Source of the DNA: an uncultured Candidatus Rokubacteria bacterium
GTDB lineage: Bacteria > Methylomirabilota > Methylomirabilia > Rokubacteriales > DASRDR01
Reading direction: 5' to 3'
Length of the DNA: 64,000 nt
Assembly (NCBI GenBank): GCA_963826115.1
Contig: CAWGVS010000006.1
Location: 1,173,186 to 1,237,185 of the forward strand
Below, in pieces: positions 18,786-28,105 of the stretch. Each line of letters opens with the position of its first letter. The first letter of the stretch is position 1. Below the pieces are notes generated by a model, which worked only from the letters and a program-made list of their open reading frames with translations, made no database searches and had not been told where the DNA came from. The position numbers and the translations under genes were made by a program.

Positions 18786-18857
18786 ATCGAACATCGGGCG
18801 TCAGCGGGCCGTCGGCTCGCGCTGCTCGCCTCCGGCCGCTGAGCCTGCGCGTCGGGC
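18786..18857 (+). other. Degenerate attC-like hairpin
   Basis: ATCGAAC...GTCGGGC cores; arms GGC-g-TCAGCGG-g-CCG / CGG-CCGCTGA-GCC with two extra bases on the left arm; 72 bp. Confidence 0.5.
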
Positions 18858-18973
18858 AGCAAGACTGGCCGCTCATGGGCACCGCTCACACATGTCCGAA
18901 GCCGACTGTCTCACCCGACTTGGAAACTTCCGCCGAGCTTCGTTGCCTCGCGCGGCGCCGGACCCCGGGGTGA

Positions 18974-19676
18974 CTAGCCGAGCAGGGTGACCTCGCCGCT
19001 CGCGATGTCGTAGTGGGCGGCGACGATCTTGAGCTTGCCGGCGGCGACCATGTCGGCGAGGACCGGCGAGGCCTTCCCGAGGAGGCTCGCCTGGATGCGG
19101 GCGTTCGCCCGGACCGTCGCGTCGGGATCGGGGCCGGCCAGGTTCACGGCCGGACGCAGCGGCGCGTAGAGCGCGCTGATCTGGCCGGGCACGGCCTTGC
19201 CGGCGATGGCCGCGGTCACCGCGCCGCACGCGCCGTGGCCCAGCACCATGAGGACGCGCGTGCCGAGGACTGCCGCCCCGTACTCCAGGCTCGCGACGAT
19301 CTCCGGCGTGGCGACGTTGCCGGCGACCCGCACGACGAAGATGTGCCCGATCGTCTGGTCGAAGAGGATCTCGACCGGCACGCGCGAGTCGGCGCACGAG
19401 AGCACCGCGGCGAAGGGCTCCTGCTTCTCGGCGGTCTTCTGGGCGAGGAGCGTGAGGTCCTCCTGGAACGAGGTGAGCCGGCCGGCCTTGAAGCGCCCGT
19501 TCCCGTCCATGAGGGCCTTGAGCGCGTCGTCGGGCGAGAGCGTGGACTGGGCGCTCGCCGTGCCCCGCGCCGCCGGGCCGGCCGCGACCGCGGCGCCCAG
19601 CGTCACGGCGCCGGCCGCGGCCATTCGGAAGCAGGTCACGGCGGGCCAGGGGTGCCATCTCGGGAATCGACGTCAT
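18974..19676 (-). CDS. Beta-class carbonic anhydrase with Tat-like signal (frameshift near 19630)
   Basis: CADSRVP, RVAGN and GHGACGAV zinc motifs; N-terminus MTSIPEMAPLARRDLL lies in an adjacent frame. Confidence 0.9.
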
Positions 19677-19787
19677 CGTGCGCTCCTCGGTGAGGGTGAG
19701 AGTCGTTTCAGGCCAATCGAGTCTAGCTCACCCGGGCCTCGACCACCCGCCGTCAAACTCGGGGGTCAGCCCTCGACGTTGGTTTGA

Positions 19788-20454
19788 TCAAGCTCGCGGG
19801 CCGGGACCCGACTTCGAGAGGCCCTGGGTCACGGGGGCGCGGAGGGCGAAGAGGCCGCTGATCGACTTGAAGGGGATGAGGACGCCGTGCTCGGAGAGGC
19901 GCACGGGCGCGCCGGGCTCGTCGAAGAGGGACAGGAGCGCGCCTTGCTCCTCGAGGGGCCAGTCGCGGTGGCCGGGGCCGAGGCGGTGCGAGACGCGCGC
20001 TTCGGAGAACGCGGCGACCAGGTCGCGGCGGAGCGCGCGCACGGCCGTCTCGATGGCCGCCCAGCCCGCGAGGTCGAGGAGGTAGGCCTCGAGGAGGTCG
20101 TGGCGCTGGCCGAGCGCCGCCACCTCGGCCTCGAGCGCCGGCCCGAGCGTCAGGACGAACGCGACCGCCTCGCGGGCGTCCGCGAGGTGGCGCCCGACGG
20201 CCTGGCCCGAGAACGTCGGCCCGTCGGCGAGCGACACGCGGGTCGGGGCTGGCCCGGGCCACGCCGACCCGCCGGAGGCGGGCGGCGGGCGCGGCGAGGA
20301 TATCGGCCCGCGCCGCCATCGCGCGCGTCGCCTCCCAGACCGCCGCCGGCGCGTCGTCGCGGCGGCGGTAGCGGGCGAGGCGGAGGACGGTCCACGGATC
20401 GACGGCGACCCGGGGAGGCTCCCAGGGGACGATGCGGCCGGCCTCGAGCCGCAC
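19788..20454 (-). CDS. Stand-alone B12-methionine-synthase activation-domain-like protein (frameshift near 20240)
   Basis: AFVLTLG, YLLDLAG, RLGPGHRDWPLEEQ and LIPFKSISG; GTG coupled to the upstream TAG. Confidence 0.7.
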
Positions 20455-21099
20455 TACTTCTGGCCGTACTTCGGGGAGTAGGGCCCGTGGAGGAGGCCCC
20501 GGTCCTCGACCGCGAGCTGGGCGTTCGCCCGCTCGGAGAGGCCGTGGGCCCGGTCCGTCGACTGGCCGATCACCTGCGTGATGAGCGCGCCGATCACGTC
20601 GGCCAGGATGTTCCCCGATCCGCCGCTGTTCTCCTGGGCCGCGAGGCGCCCTGCCCAGAGGAGCGTCCCCGTCTGGGTGTCCACCAGGCGGGCGTCGGCC
20701 ACCACGACGGTGCTGCTGGAGAGGAGCTGGAACCGCGTCCCGTACTGCTTGATGGTGACGTAGAGGACGGCGTCCGCGCCGATGATCTCCCGGATCTTCC
20801 CGAGCGGGGCCTGGACCATCTCCCCGGGCGTCGGCATGCCGTTTTCCTTGAGCAGCTGGTCGATCAGGGCGACGGGGTACACGTAGTAGCCGAGCTCGGC
20901 GATCGGCCGCGTCACGGTGGACAGGTACCCGTACGTCGCCCGCACGTCGGTGCCCTCGTTGACCGGCGGCAGCACGACGATCGAGCGCGGCGGGTAGGCG
21001 CGGTAGTTCGTGTAGTCGTATCCCTTGGCGGCGCACCCCGTCGCGCCGAGCCCTCCCAGGACGACGAGGAGCCCGATCCCGAGCCGGCGCGGCCTTCAT
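20454..21099 (-). CDS. DUF799/GNA1162 family lipoprotein (frameshift near start)
   Basis: Lipobox-like ATGC, PRSIVVLPPVN, GYYVYPV, GADAVLYVTI and LLHGPYSP. Confidence 0.85.
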
Positions 21100-21449
21100 G
21101 GGGCGGGGAGCCGCGCGAGCAGCCGGTCCATGAACACCGCGGACTCCGGGAAGCTGGCCTTCTCGGTCTCGAACTCCTGGCGGGCCTGGTCCGCCCGCCC
21201 GATCGAGTAGTAGAGGGCGCCGAGGTGGGCGTGGAAGCCCGGGGGCACCGGCCGGTTCGCCGCGCGCGCCTCCTGGTAGTCCTGCTCGAGCAGCTCGATC
21301 TGGCGCTCGGGCGGCATGCTGCCGGGAGCGGCGTAGGTGGCGTAGATGACCGCTTCGTAGCGGCCCCAGTGATACAGCGTCGTCGGCGCGGCGCAGCCCG
21401 TCAGGAGCGCCAGGAGAACCAGCAGCGCCGGGAGGGCGGTGCCCGTCAC
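21096..21449 (-). CDS. DUF4810 family lipoprotein
   Basis: LTGC lipobox, LYHWGRYE, VPPGFHAHLG and FETEKASFPES. Confidence 0.88.
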   Translation of the reverse strand: MTGTALPALLVLLALLTGCAAPTTLYHWGRYEAVIYATYAAPGSMPPERQIELLEQDYQEARAANRPVPPGFHAHLGALYYSIGRADQARQEFETEKASFPESAVFMDRLLARLPAP

Positions 21450-21450
21450 G

Positions 21451-22158
21451 TCAGTTCCGGGCGGGCGTCCACTTCCCCAGTTCGACTCCCTCCACCAGCC
21501 GGTTGACGGCCTCGCGGATGGCCAGGTCGAGCACCTTGCCGTTCAGGGTGGAGTCGTAGCCCTGGGTGCCGCCGAACCCGAGCACCTCGCGGCTACTGAG
21601 CTCGTACTCGCCGGCGCCCTGCACCGAGAAGACGACCTCCGACGTGAGCACGTTGATCACGTTCAGGTTGACCTTGGAGTAGGCGATCTGCTTCTTGCCG
21701 CTGCCGAGGATGCCGAAGAGCTGCACGTCGCCCACTTCCTTGCGCCCGAACTCCGCCACGTCGCCGGTGATGGCGAAGTCCGCCCCCTTCAGTTGCTGCT
21801 GGGCGCCCTTGATCGCGGCCTCGCGCGCCATCTCCTCCATGTTGTCCCGCTCGACCACGGTGAAGCGCCCGGTCTGCTGGAGGTGCGTGATCAGGATGCC
21901 CTTGGCCTGGCCACCGAGCCGGTCCACGCCGTCGAAGAACAGGCCGCGGAGGTAGGCCGAGCGATTGTCGAACTTCCCCACCACGAGGGTGCTCTTCGGG
22001 CCGCCGTACGGGGTGCCCGCGGAGGTGACCTGCTGGGGCTCCACGGTCCGGTGGGCTTCCGTGGCGCACCCGGAGAGCCAGGCGGCGAGCAGCACGGCGA
22101 GGGCGGCCGCCGGCAGGCGGCGGCGCGCGGGGGCGGGCCTCAGGCCTGTGTCACCCAT
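21451..22158 (-). CDS. CsgG/HfaB family lipoprotein
   Basis: LSGC lipobox, GKFDNRS, HLQQTGRFTVVER and ITGDVAEFGRK. Confidence 0.88.
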   Translation of the reverse strand: MGDTGLRPAPARRRLPAAALAVLLAAWLSGCATEAHRTVEPQQVTSAGTPYGGPKSTLVVGKFDNRSAYLRGLFFDGVDRLGGQAKGILITHLQQTGRFTVVERDNMEEMAREAAIKGAQQQLKGADFAITGDVAEFGRKEVGDVQLFGILGSGKKQIAYSKVNLNVINVLTSEVVFSVQGAGEYELSSREVLGFGGTQGYDSTLNGKVLDLAIREAVNRLVEGVELGKWTPARN

Positions 22159-22266
22159 CGTGTCAGGGCCTCCGTGGTGACCGGGCGGTGTCCCGGGTGG
22201 CACCGCGTCGGGAAGATGTCGAGGATCATGGGGTCGGTCGTCCCCCCTGTCAACCAGACCGCCCAC

Positions 22267-22294
22267 TTGACGGGTCTCGCTCGGCTTCTATAAT
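22267..22294 (+). promoter_or_regulatory. Sigma70 promoter
   Basis: TTGACG-N16-TATAAT upstream of the 22419 gene. Confidence 0.75.
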
Positions 22295-22418
22295 CAACGC
22301 GTTTTCCACGATTTTGCGCGGGCGTCGGCGGCCTGCCTCGAGATTCCCCCGCGAGCCACCGGGTCCGCGAGCCAGTTGGCGTGCGAGCCGCGAGCACAGC
22401 TGGAAGGAGACGGACGTC

Positions 22419-23318
22419 ATGCAGGGACCGATCGGATTCATCGGGCTCGGGATCATGGGCCGGCCCATGGCCAAGAACCTCCTGAAGGCGGGTCACGCGC
22501 TGGTCGTCCACAACCGGAGCCAGGCGGCCGTCCAGGAGCTCGCGGGCCTCGGCGCCAAGACGGCGGACTCGCCGGCGGCGGTCGCGCGGGCGGCGGGCGA
22601 CCTCATCGTCACGATGCTGCCGAACTCGCCCGACGTCGAGGCGGTGGCGCTCGGCCCGAAGGGGCTCCTCGAGGGCGTCCGCGGCGGCCAGGTCCTGGCC
22701 GACATGTCGACGATCTCCCCGATCGTCTCCCAGAAGGTCGGCGCGGCGCTCGCCCACAAGGGCGTGAAGATGCTGGACGCCCCGGTCTCGGGCGGGGAGA
22801 AGGGCGCGATCGAGGGCATCCTGTCGATCATGGTGGGTGGGGAGCCCGCCGTCTTCCAGCAGGTCCTGCCGGTCTTCCAGGGGATGGGGAAGACGATCAC
22901 GCACCTCGGGCCCCTCGGCTCCGGCGGCTTCACGAAGCTCGCGAACCAGATCATCGTGGCCGTCAACCTGACGGCGCTCGCGGAGGCGCTCACGCTGGCG
23001 GCCAAGGCCGGGCTCGACATCGAGCTCACGCTGAAGGCGCTCGGCGGCGGCCTCGCCGGCTCCCGGTGCCTCGACCAGAAGACGCCGAACTACCTCGCCC
23101 ACGAGTTCAAGCCCGGGTTCAAGATCGACCTCCACTACAAGGACCTCGGCCTCATCGCCGACGCCGCCCGGGCGCTCGGCGTGCCGCTCCCGGCGACCGC
23201 CGTCGTGCAGGAGCTCTTCAGCGCCGCGCGCGCCAAGGGCCGGGGCCAGCTCGACCACTCGGGGATCGTCACGGTGCTCGAGGACCTCGCCGGGGTCCAG
23301 GTCAAGAAGCACGCATGA
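22419..23318 (+). CDS. 2-hydroxy-3-oxopropionate (tartronate semialdehyde) reductase family
   Basis: IGFIGLGIMG, MLDAPVSGGEKGA, KLANQII, PGFKIDLHYKDL and LDHSG. Confidence 0.88.
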   Translation: MQGPIGFIGLGIMGRPMAKNLLKAGHALVVHNRSQAAVQELAGLGAKTADSPAAVARAAGDLIVTMLPNSPDVEAVALGPKGLLEGVRGGQVLADMSTISPIVSQKVGAALAHKGVKMLDAPVSGGEKGAIEGILSIMVGGEPAVFQQVLPVFQGMGKTITHLGPLGSGGFTKLANQIIVAVNLTALAEALTLAAKAGLDIELTLKALGGGLAGSRCLDQKTPNYLAHEFKPGFKIDLHYKDLGLIADAARALGVPLPATAVVQELFSAARAKGRGQLDHSGIVTVLEDLAGVQVKKHA

Positions 23319-23438
23319 CCGCTTCCGGGGCCGTCCGTACCGGGCGGCCGTGCTTCGCGACCCGGACTCCGGCGCGGGTACGCGGCGGGGTCTCCTTGCT
23401 CGTCCTCGGCGCGCCGCGGGCGCGAGATCGGGTAGCCC

Positions 23439-24416
23439 ATGATCAAGGTCCGGCGCGTCAAGAAGGGCGACCTCTCCCGGATGCGCGAGGTCGTCGAGTC
23501 CGCGTTCGGCGACTTCTTCGAGCGCCAGCTCGGCACCCGCCCGCGCCAGGTCTTCGGGGGCGCGCAGTACGTGCACCACCGGTGGCTCATGGAGCCGTGG
23601 GGCTGCTTCGTCGCCGAGGAGAACGAGGGCAAGATCGTCGGCGTCTCGGTCGCGGTGTGCTGGGGGACGCTGGGGCTCTTCGGCCCCGTGGCCGTCCTCA
23701 CGCCGTACCAGAACCAGAAGGTCGCCCAGCAGCTCGTGCGGGCCGCCCAGGCCTTCTTCGACGAGAACAAGGTGACGCTCCAGGGCGTCGTGACGTTCCC
23801 GTACAGCCCGAAGCACCTCGTCCTCTACCAGAAGTTCGACTTCAAGCCGCGCGCCCTCGTCGCGATCACCGCGCGGTCGCTGGAGCGCCGGGAGCCTTCG
23901 CCGCCGGCCAAGCCCGCGCGGGGCGTGCCGGTGGTCTACCGCTTCTCGACCTACGAGGAGGGGAAGAAGAAGGGCCTTCTCGGGCGCCTCCGGACCTTCA
24001 CCGGACGGATCTACCGCGGGCTCGACCTCACCAAGGAGATCGAGATCGTCGACGGCCTCGCCCTCGGCGACACGCTCGTCCTCGAGAAGGACGGCACCCT
24101 CCTCGGCCTCGCCATCTGCCACACCCCCGGCGTGTCCGAGGCGCCCCAGGGCTCCCTCTACGTGAAGTACCTCGCGATCGACCCCGCCAAGCGGCGCCCG
24201 GAGTACTTCGCCCAGCTCCTGACCGCGTGCGAGGACTTCGGCATCAACGCGGGGTGCCAGCGCATCATCGCGCCGGTCTACACGGGCTACTGGAAGGCCT
24301 ACCAGATGCTCCTCGGGTCGGGCTACCACGTCGAGCAGCTCATGCTCCGCATGAAGCGCGGCAAGAACGACGACTACGAGAGCGAGGAGGACTTCGTCCT
24401 CGACGACTGGCGCTGA
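23439..24416 (+). CDS. GNAT family N-acetyltransferase (two-domain)
   Basis: CFVAEENEGKIVG, FGPVAVLTPYQNQKVAQQL and LYQKFDF. Confidence 0.75.
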   Translation: MIKVRRVKKGDLSRMREVVESAFGDFFERQLGTRPRQVFGGAQYVHHRWLMEPWGCFVAEENEGKIVGVSVAVCWGTLGLFGPVAVLTPYQNQKVAQQLVRAAQAFFDENKVTLQGVVTFPYSPKHLVLYQKFDFKPRALVAITARSLERREPSPPAKPARGVPVVYRFSTYEEGKKKGLLGRLRTFTGRIYRGLDLTKEIEIVDGLALGDTLVLEKDGTLLGLAICHTPGVSEAPQGSLYVKYLAIDPAKRRPEYFAQLLTACEDFGINAGCQRIIAPVYTGYWKAYQMLLGSGYHVEQLMLRMKRGKNDDYESEEDFVLDDWR

Positions 24417-24420
24417 CGCG

Positions 24421-24723
24421 TCAGCCCCGCTCCCGCCACCACCGGTAGACCAGCGCCTGGAGCAGCGAGACGGCGCCGAGCGTGACGCCGTCGATCGCGT
24501 AGACGGACACGAACCGGTCGGACCAGGCGCGCAGGACCAGCAGCGGGAGCACCACCAGCGCGACGTTCGCCGCGAGGAAGAGCGCGCCGAGGCCGATCGT
24601 CTCGAGCGCCGCCGCGAGCGCGTTCCCGAGGCCCCGTGGCGAGAGCCCGTGGCGCTTCCGGCCGACGAGATACCCCCCGAGACAGGTCAGCAGGAGCGCC
24701 GCCGCCAGGCCTAGGCGCTCCAT
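24421..24723 (-). CDS. Small membrane protein
   Basis: 100 aa with about three hydrophobic segments and host-like codon usage. Confidence 0.65.
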   Translation of the reverse strand: MERLGLAAALLLTCLGGYLVGRKRHGLSPRGLGNALAAALETIGLGALFLAANVALVVLPLLVLRAWSDRFVSVYAIDGVTLGAVSLLQALVYRWWRERG

Positions 24724-24751
24724 GCGCTCGCACCCCGGCTCTCCCGCGCGC

Positions 24752-25407
24752 TCACATGTAGCCCTGCAGGCGGTAGTAGAGCCACCCCCCGACCTCCTGG
24801 GCGAGGAGCCGCGCCACGGCCATCCGGCCCGCGGCGGTCTCCGCGTCGAGCGGGATCTCCAGCGCCGGAGCGGCGTGGACCTCGAAGCCGGCGCGCTCGA
24901 ACGCCCTGCGGGCGCGCACCAGATGGAGCTGCCCGCTCACGAGCAGGATGGACCGGAGCCCGCGCGGCCGGAGCGCGGCGGCCACCCTCGACGCTCTCCT
25001 CGCGGGTCGTGTTGGCGCCGATGACCGTGAGGATCGCCGCGGGCGGGACGCCCAGGTCGCGCGCCAGCCGCGCCCGGATCTCGGGCTCCGAGGGACCGAC
25101 CGGCGGCGTGGTGCCGGAGAGGACGAGGAGCGGCGCGAGCCCCTGGTGATGGAGGCGCATGCCCTCCACGAGGCGGTGGAGCGACGCGGAGTCGAGCCAC
25201 CCGTCCGGCGAGAACGCGCCGCCGAGCACGACGATGGCGTCCGCGGGCTCGATCCTGGCCGGCTCCGCGTAGCGGGTGGCGAGCCACCCGACCGCGGGCG
25301 TGAGCGTGGTCGACGACGAAGAGGACGACCGTGACGGCGCCGAGGAGGCGGCAGGCGAGGAGGTCCGGTCGCGCGCGGACCTGTTCGGCGCGATGTGCCG
25401 CCGTCAT
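24752..25407 (-). CDS. YdcF/ElyC (DUF218) family protein (two frameshifts)
   Basis: ADAIVVLGG, LVLSG, SEPEI, NTTREES and LLVSGQLHLVRA across three frames. Confidence 0.8.
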
Positions 25408-25794
25408 CGCCCGTCGCCTCCGCGGTCTGTGTCGCCGCGGCGCCCGCTGCCGCGCCGGATCGCGCGTTGGCCCCGGCCGTGCTCTGTCCGGCGACATCCT
25501 AGCACCGGGATACCGGCCGTTCGGAAGGCGTGCGGCCGGATCGTGGGCGACGATCGAGGTGGTTGGCGCGCCCGAACGAATCGAGTGCGTGGCGGTCACG
25601 CATGCGCAACGTGCGCAACATGGCAACCGGACGCTGCGAGCGTCGCCGGCGCTCGGCCGACCGGTACGCGCCGCAGCGAGGTACCCTGTATGCGCAGACC
25701 GTTGCACGACATAGGCACCGAGCTTCAGGGCGCTTCGACACGAGGGAGGCTGAATCGCCCGCCATTCGCTGGAAGTCGTGGCTCCATCCTCGCC

Positions 25795-25809
25795 TGGTTC
25801 GATCCTTGC
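25795..25809 (+). promoter_or_regulatory. Putative sigma54 promoter
   Basis: TGGTTCGATCCTTGC fits GG-N10-GC with TTGC at -12. Confidence 0.5.
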
Positions 25810-25862
25810 GAGTACCCGCGCCACGGGACTGACAGATGCGCTCGTTGAGGGCTCGAGCCGGC

Positions 25863-26374
25863 ATGCGTGATCCCAACCAGACCGACCATCCGGTCACGCG
25901 GCTCGTTCCGGAGCGAGCTCTTCCGCTACCTGCTCGACTCTCGAGGCGCAGAAGGCGCTTCGCTTTCGCTACTGCGTGTCGCTCCTGTGCCTCGAGCCGG
26001 ATGTCGAAGGCGCGCGGCCCGCGGGGTGGCGCGCCAGATCGCCCGGATCATCGCGCGCCTCGTCCGGGAGACGGACGTGGCCGCGACCCTGTCGGCCTCG
26101 ACGGTGGGTATTCTCCTGGTCGGCGCGGAGCCGTGCACGCTGGCGGGGATCCTCGATCGGGCGGCGAGCGCCGGCGAGCCCGGGTCGGCCGCGGTTCGCC
26201 TGCGGTCCACGGGTCGTGTCGGTGAGCGGGGGCGGGGGCTGCTACCCGTTCACGGCCTCGAGCGCGACGGAGCTGCTGCGCCAGGCGATCGACTTCATGA
26301 GCCGCGCTCGCCGGGAGGGCGGCGCCCGTCTGCTGCTGCCGCCGCTCGCGACCGCGATCGCGAGCGGCGCCTGA
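25863..26374 (+). CDS. Degenerate GGDEF-fold protein (frameshifted)
   Basis: Stitched HPVTRL...FRYLLDLEAQKALRFRYCVSLL...LVRETDVAATLSASTVGILL...SVSGGGGCYP...ELLRQA...ARREGG follows the GGDEF layout. Confidence 0.6.
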
Positions 26375-26395
26375 CGCCGAGCCGCGCCAGAGACC

Positions 26396-26774
26396 CTAGG
26401 CCGACGGGTGGCGCGACCGTCGGCAGCGCAGCCCGGAGAGCGCCTCGTCGAGGTGGTTGAGCGCCCAGGGCTTCCGCAGGACGTCGGTCACCCCGAGCTC
26501 CCGCGCCTCGGCCAGCTCCTGGTTGTTCGCATGACCCGTCAGGATGACCACCGGTAGGGCCGGATCCCGCTGGCGGATCCGTCTGAGCACCTCGACGCCG
26601 CTCGTTCCCGGCAGCCTGACATCCAGGAACACCGCCTGAGGGGCGTCGGCCGCGATGCGGTCGAGGCCTTCGGAGCCCCGTTCGGGCGACGCTCGTGCTG
26701 TGCCCCTCGAACGAGAGCACTTCGGCCAGGGCACTCGCCACCTCGGGCTCGTCCTCGATGATCAGGATCCGCAT
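26396..26774 (-). CDS. Stand-alone response regulator receiver (frameshift near 26680)
   Basis: RILIIEDE, FLDVRLPG, ILTGH and LRKP. Confidence 0.88.
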
Positions 26775-26940
26775 GTGAAGGTCTCCTCAGTGGAGGTTTG
26801 ACCTAGGCTAACACGGTGAGATGACAGCCCACGGCCGTCGTGTTATAGAGGACCCTTCGACTCACGGGAAGGGCGCGCTTCGCGGCAAGGTGTCGCCCTC
26901 GTCGTCCTCATGAAGAAGGCTGCTTCGCCCTCCGGGCGGG

Positions 26941-28036
26941 TTGGTCGATCCGCCTGCGGTCACGACGACTACGGATAGGCGGAATCCGTATCTTTCCGAG
27001 TACTTGCCACTCTTCTCGCTCAGCCCGAAGATGCGGATCCTCACGCGGATGGTCCAGGAGGTGGCCCGAACCGACGCGACCGTGCTCGTGCTGGGGGAGA
27101 GCGGAGTCGGCAAGAACCTGATCGCCCGCGCGATCCACGAGATCTCGTCGCGGCCGGGCCGGGCCCTTCGTGGTCGTCAACTGCGCCGCGCTGCCCGGCG
27201 AGCTGCTCGAGTCCGAGCTGTTCGGCCACGAGAAGGGCGCGTTCACCGGCGCCTACCGTCGGACTCCCGGGAAGTTCGAGTACGCGAATCACGGGACGCT
27301 GTGCCTCGACGAGATCGGCGAGATTCCGCGCTCGCTCCAGGCGAAGCTGCTCCACGTGCTCCAGGACCTCCGGTTCTCGCGGGTTGGCGGGCACGATCCC
27401 ATCCGGGTGGACGTTCGGGTCGTCGCCACCACCAACCGCGACCTCGAGGCCGCGATGCGCGCGGGCGAGTTCCGCGAGGACCTCTACTACGGCTGAACGT
27501 GCTCGAGGTCCGCGTGCCGCCGCTCCGCGAGCGCCGCGAGGCCATCGAAGGTCTCGCCGGCTACTTCCTCGGGCGGTGCAACGAGCAATACGGACGCCAT
27601 GTCGCGCTCCTGCCCGAGACCGTCGCGCTCATGCTGGAGTACGCGTGGCCCGGCAACGTGCGCGAGCTGGAGAACTTCATCCGGCGCCTGGTCGTCCTGG
27701 GTGATTCGCAGCGCGCGCACGACGACATGACGTCGCGGCTCATCGCGTCCCGGAATGGCCGCCACGGCCCCGCGGCGTCCGGGACCGGCGCGCCCGACGA
27801 GGTCGACGCGCCGGTCCCAGCCTCAGAGCGCGCCCGCGCTCGCCGACCTGCTCGATCTGAAGGCCATCGCGCGCCGGGCGGCCCGGGAGGCCGAGAAGAA
27901 GGCGCTGCTCCAGGTCCTCGAGCGCGTCCGCTGGAACCGGGCGGAGGCCGCCCGCGTCCTCAAGGTGTCCTACAAGACCCTCCTCAGCAAGCTGACCGAG
28001 TGCGGAGTCCCGCCGCGGCGCAGCCGCAGTCAGTGA
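26941..28036 (+). CDS. Sigma54-dependent enhancer-binding protein without N-terminal sensory domain (frameshifted)
   Basis: [44 protein letters not shown] and a Fis HTH. Confidence 0.88.
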
Positions 28037-28048
28037 GCTGACACACGA

Positions 28049-28072
28049 ACGGCGACTCGCGAGAGTCGCCGT
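28049..28072. terminator. Hairpin between convergent genes
   Basis: ACGGCGACTC-GCGA-GAGTCGCCGT: perfect 10-bp stem with GNRA loop; no U-tract. Confidence 0.6.
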
Positions 28073-28105
28073 CGCATCGGACCTTGGTACCGTGTCGCTC
28101 GGACG

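Noticed and set aside
21451-22158. Curli biogenesis system
   Set aside because: No csgA/B/E/F nearby; the context is the CsgG-like/DUF4810/DUF799 cassette.
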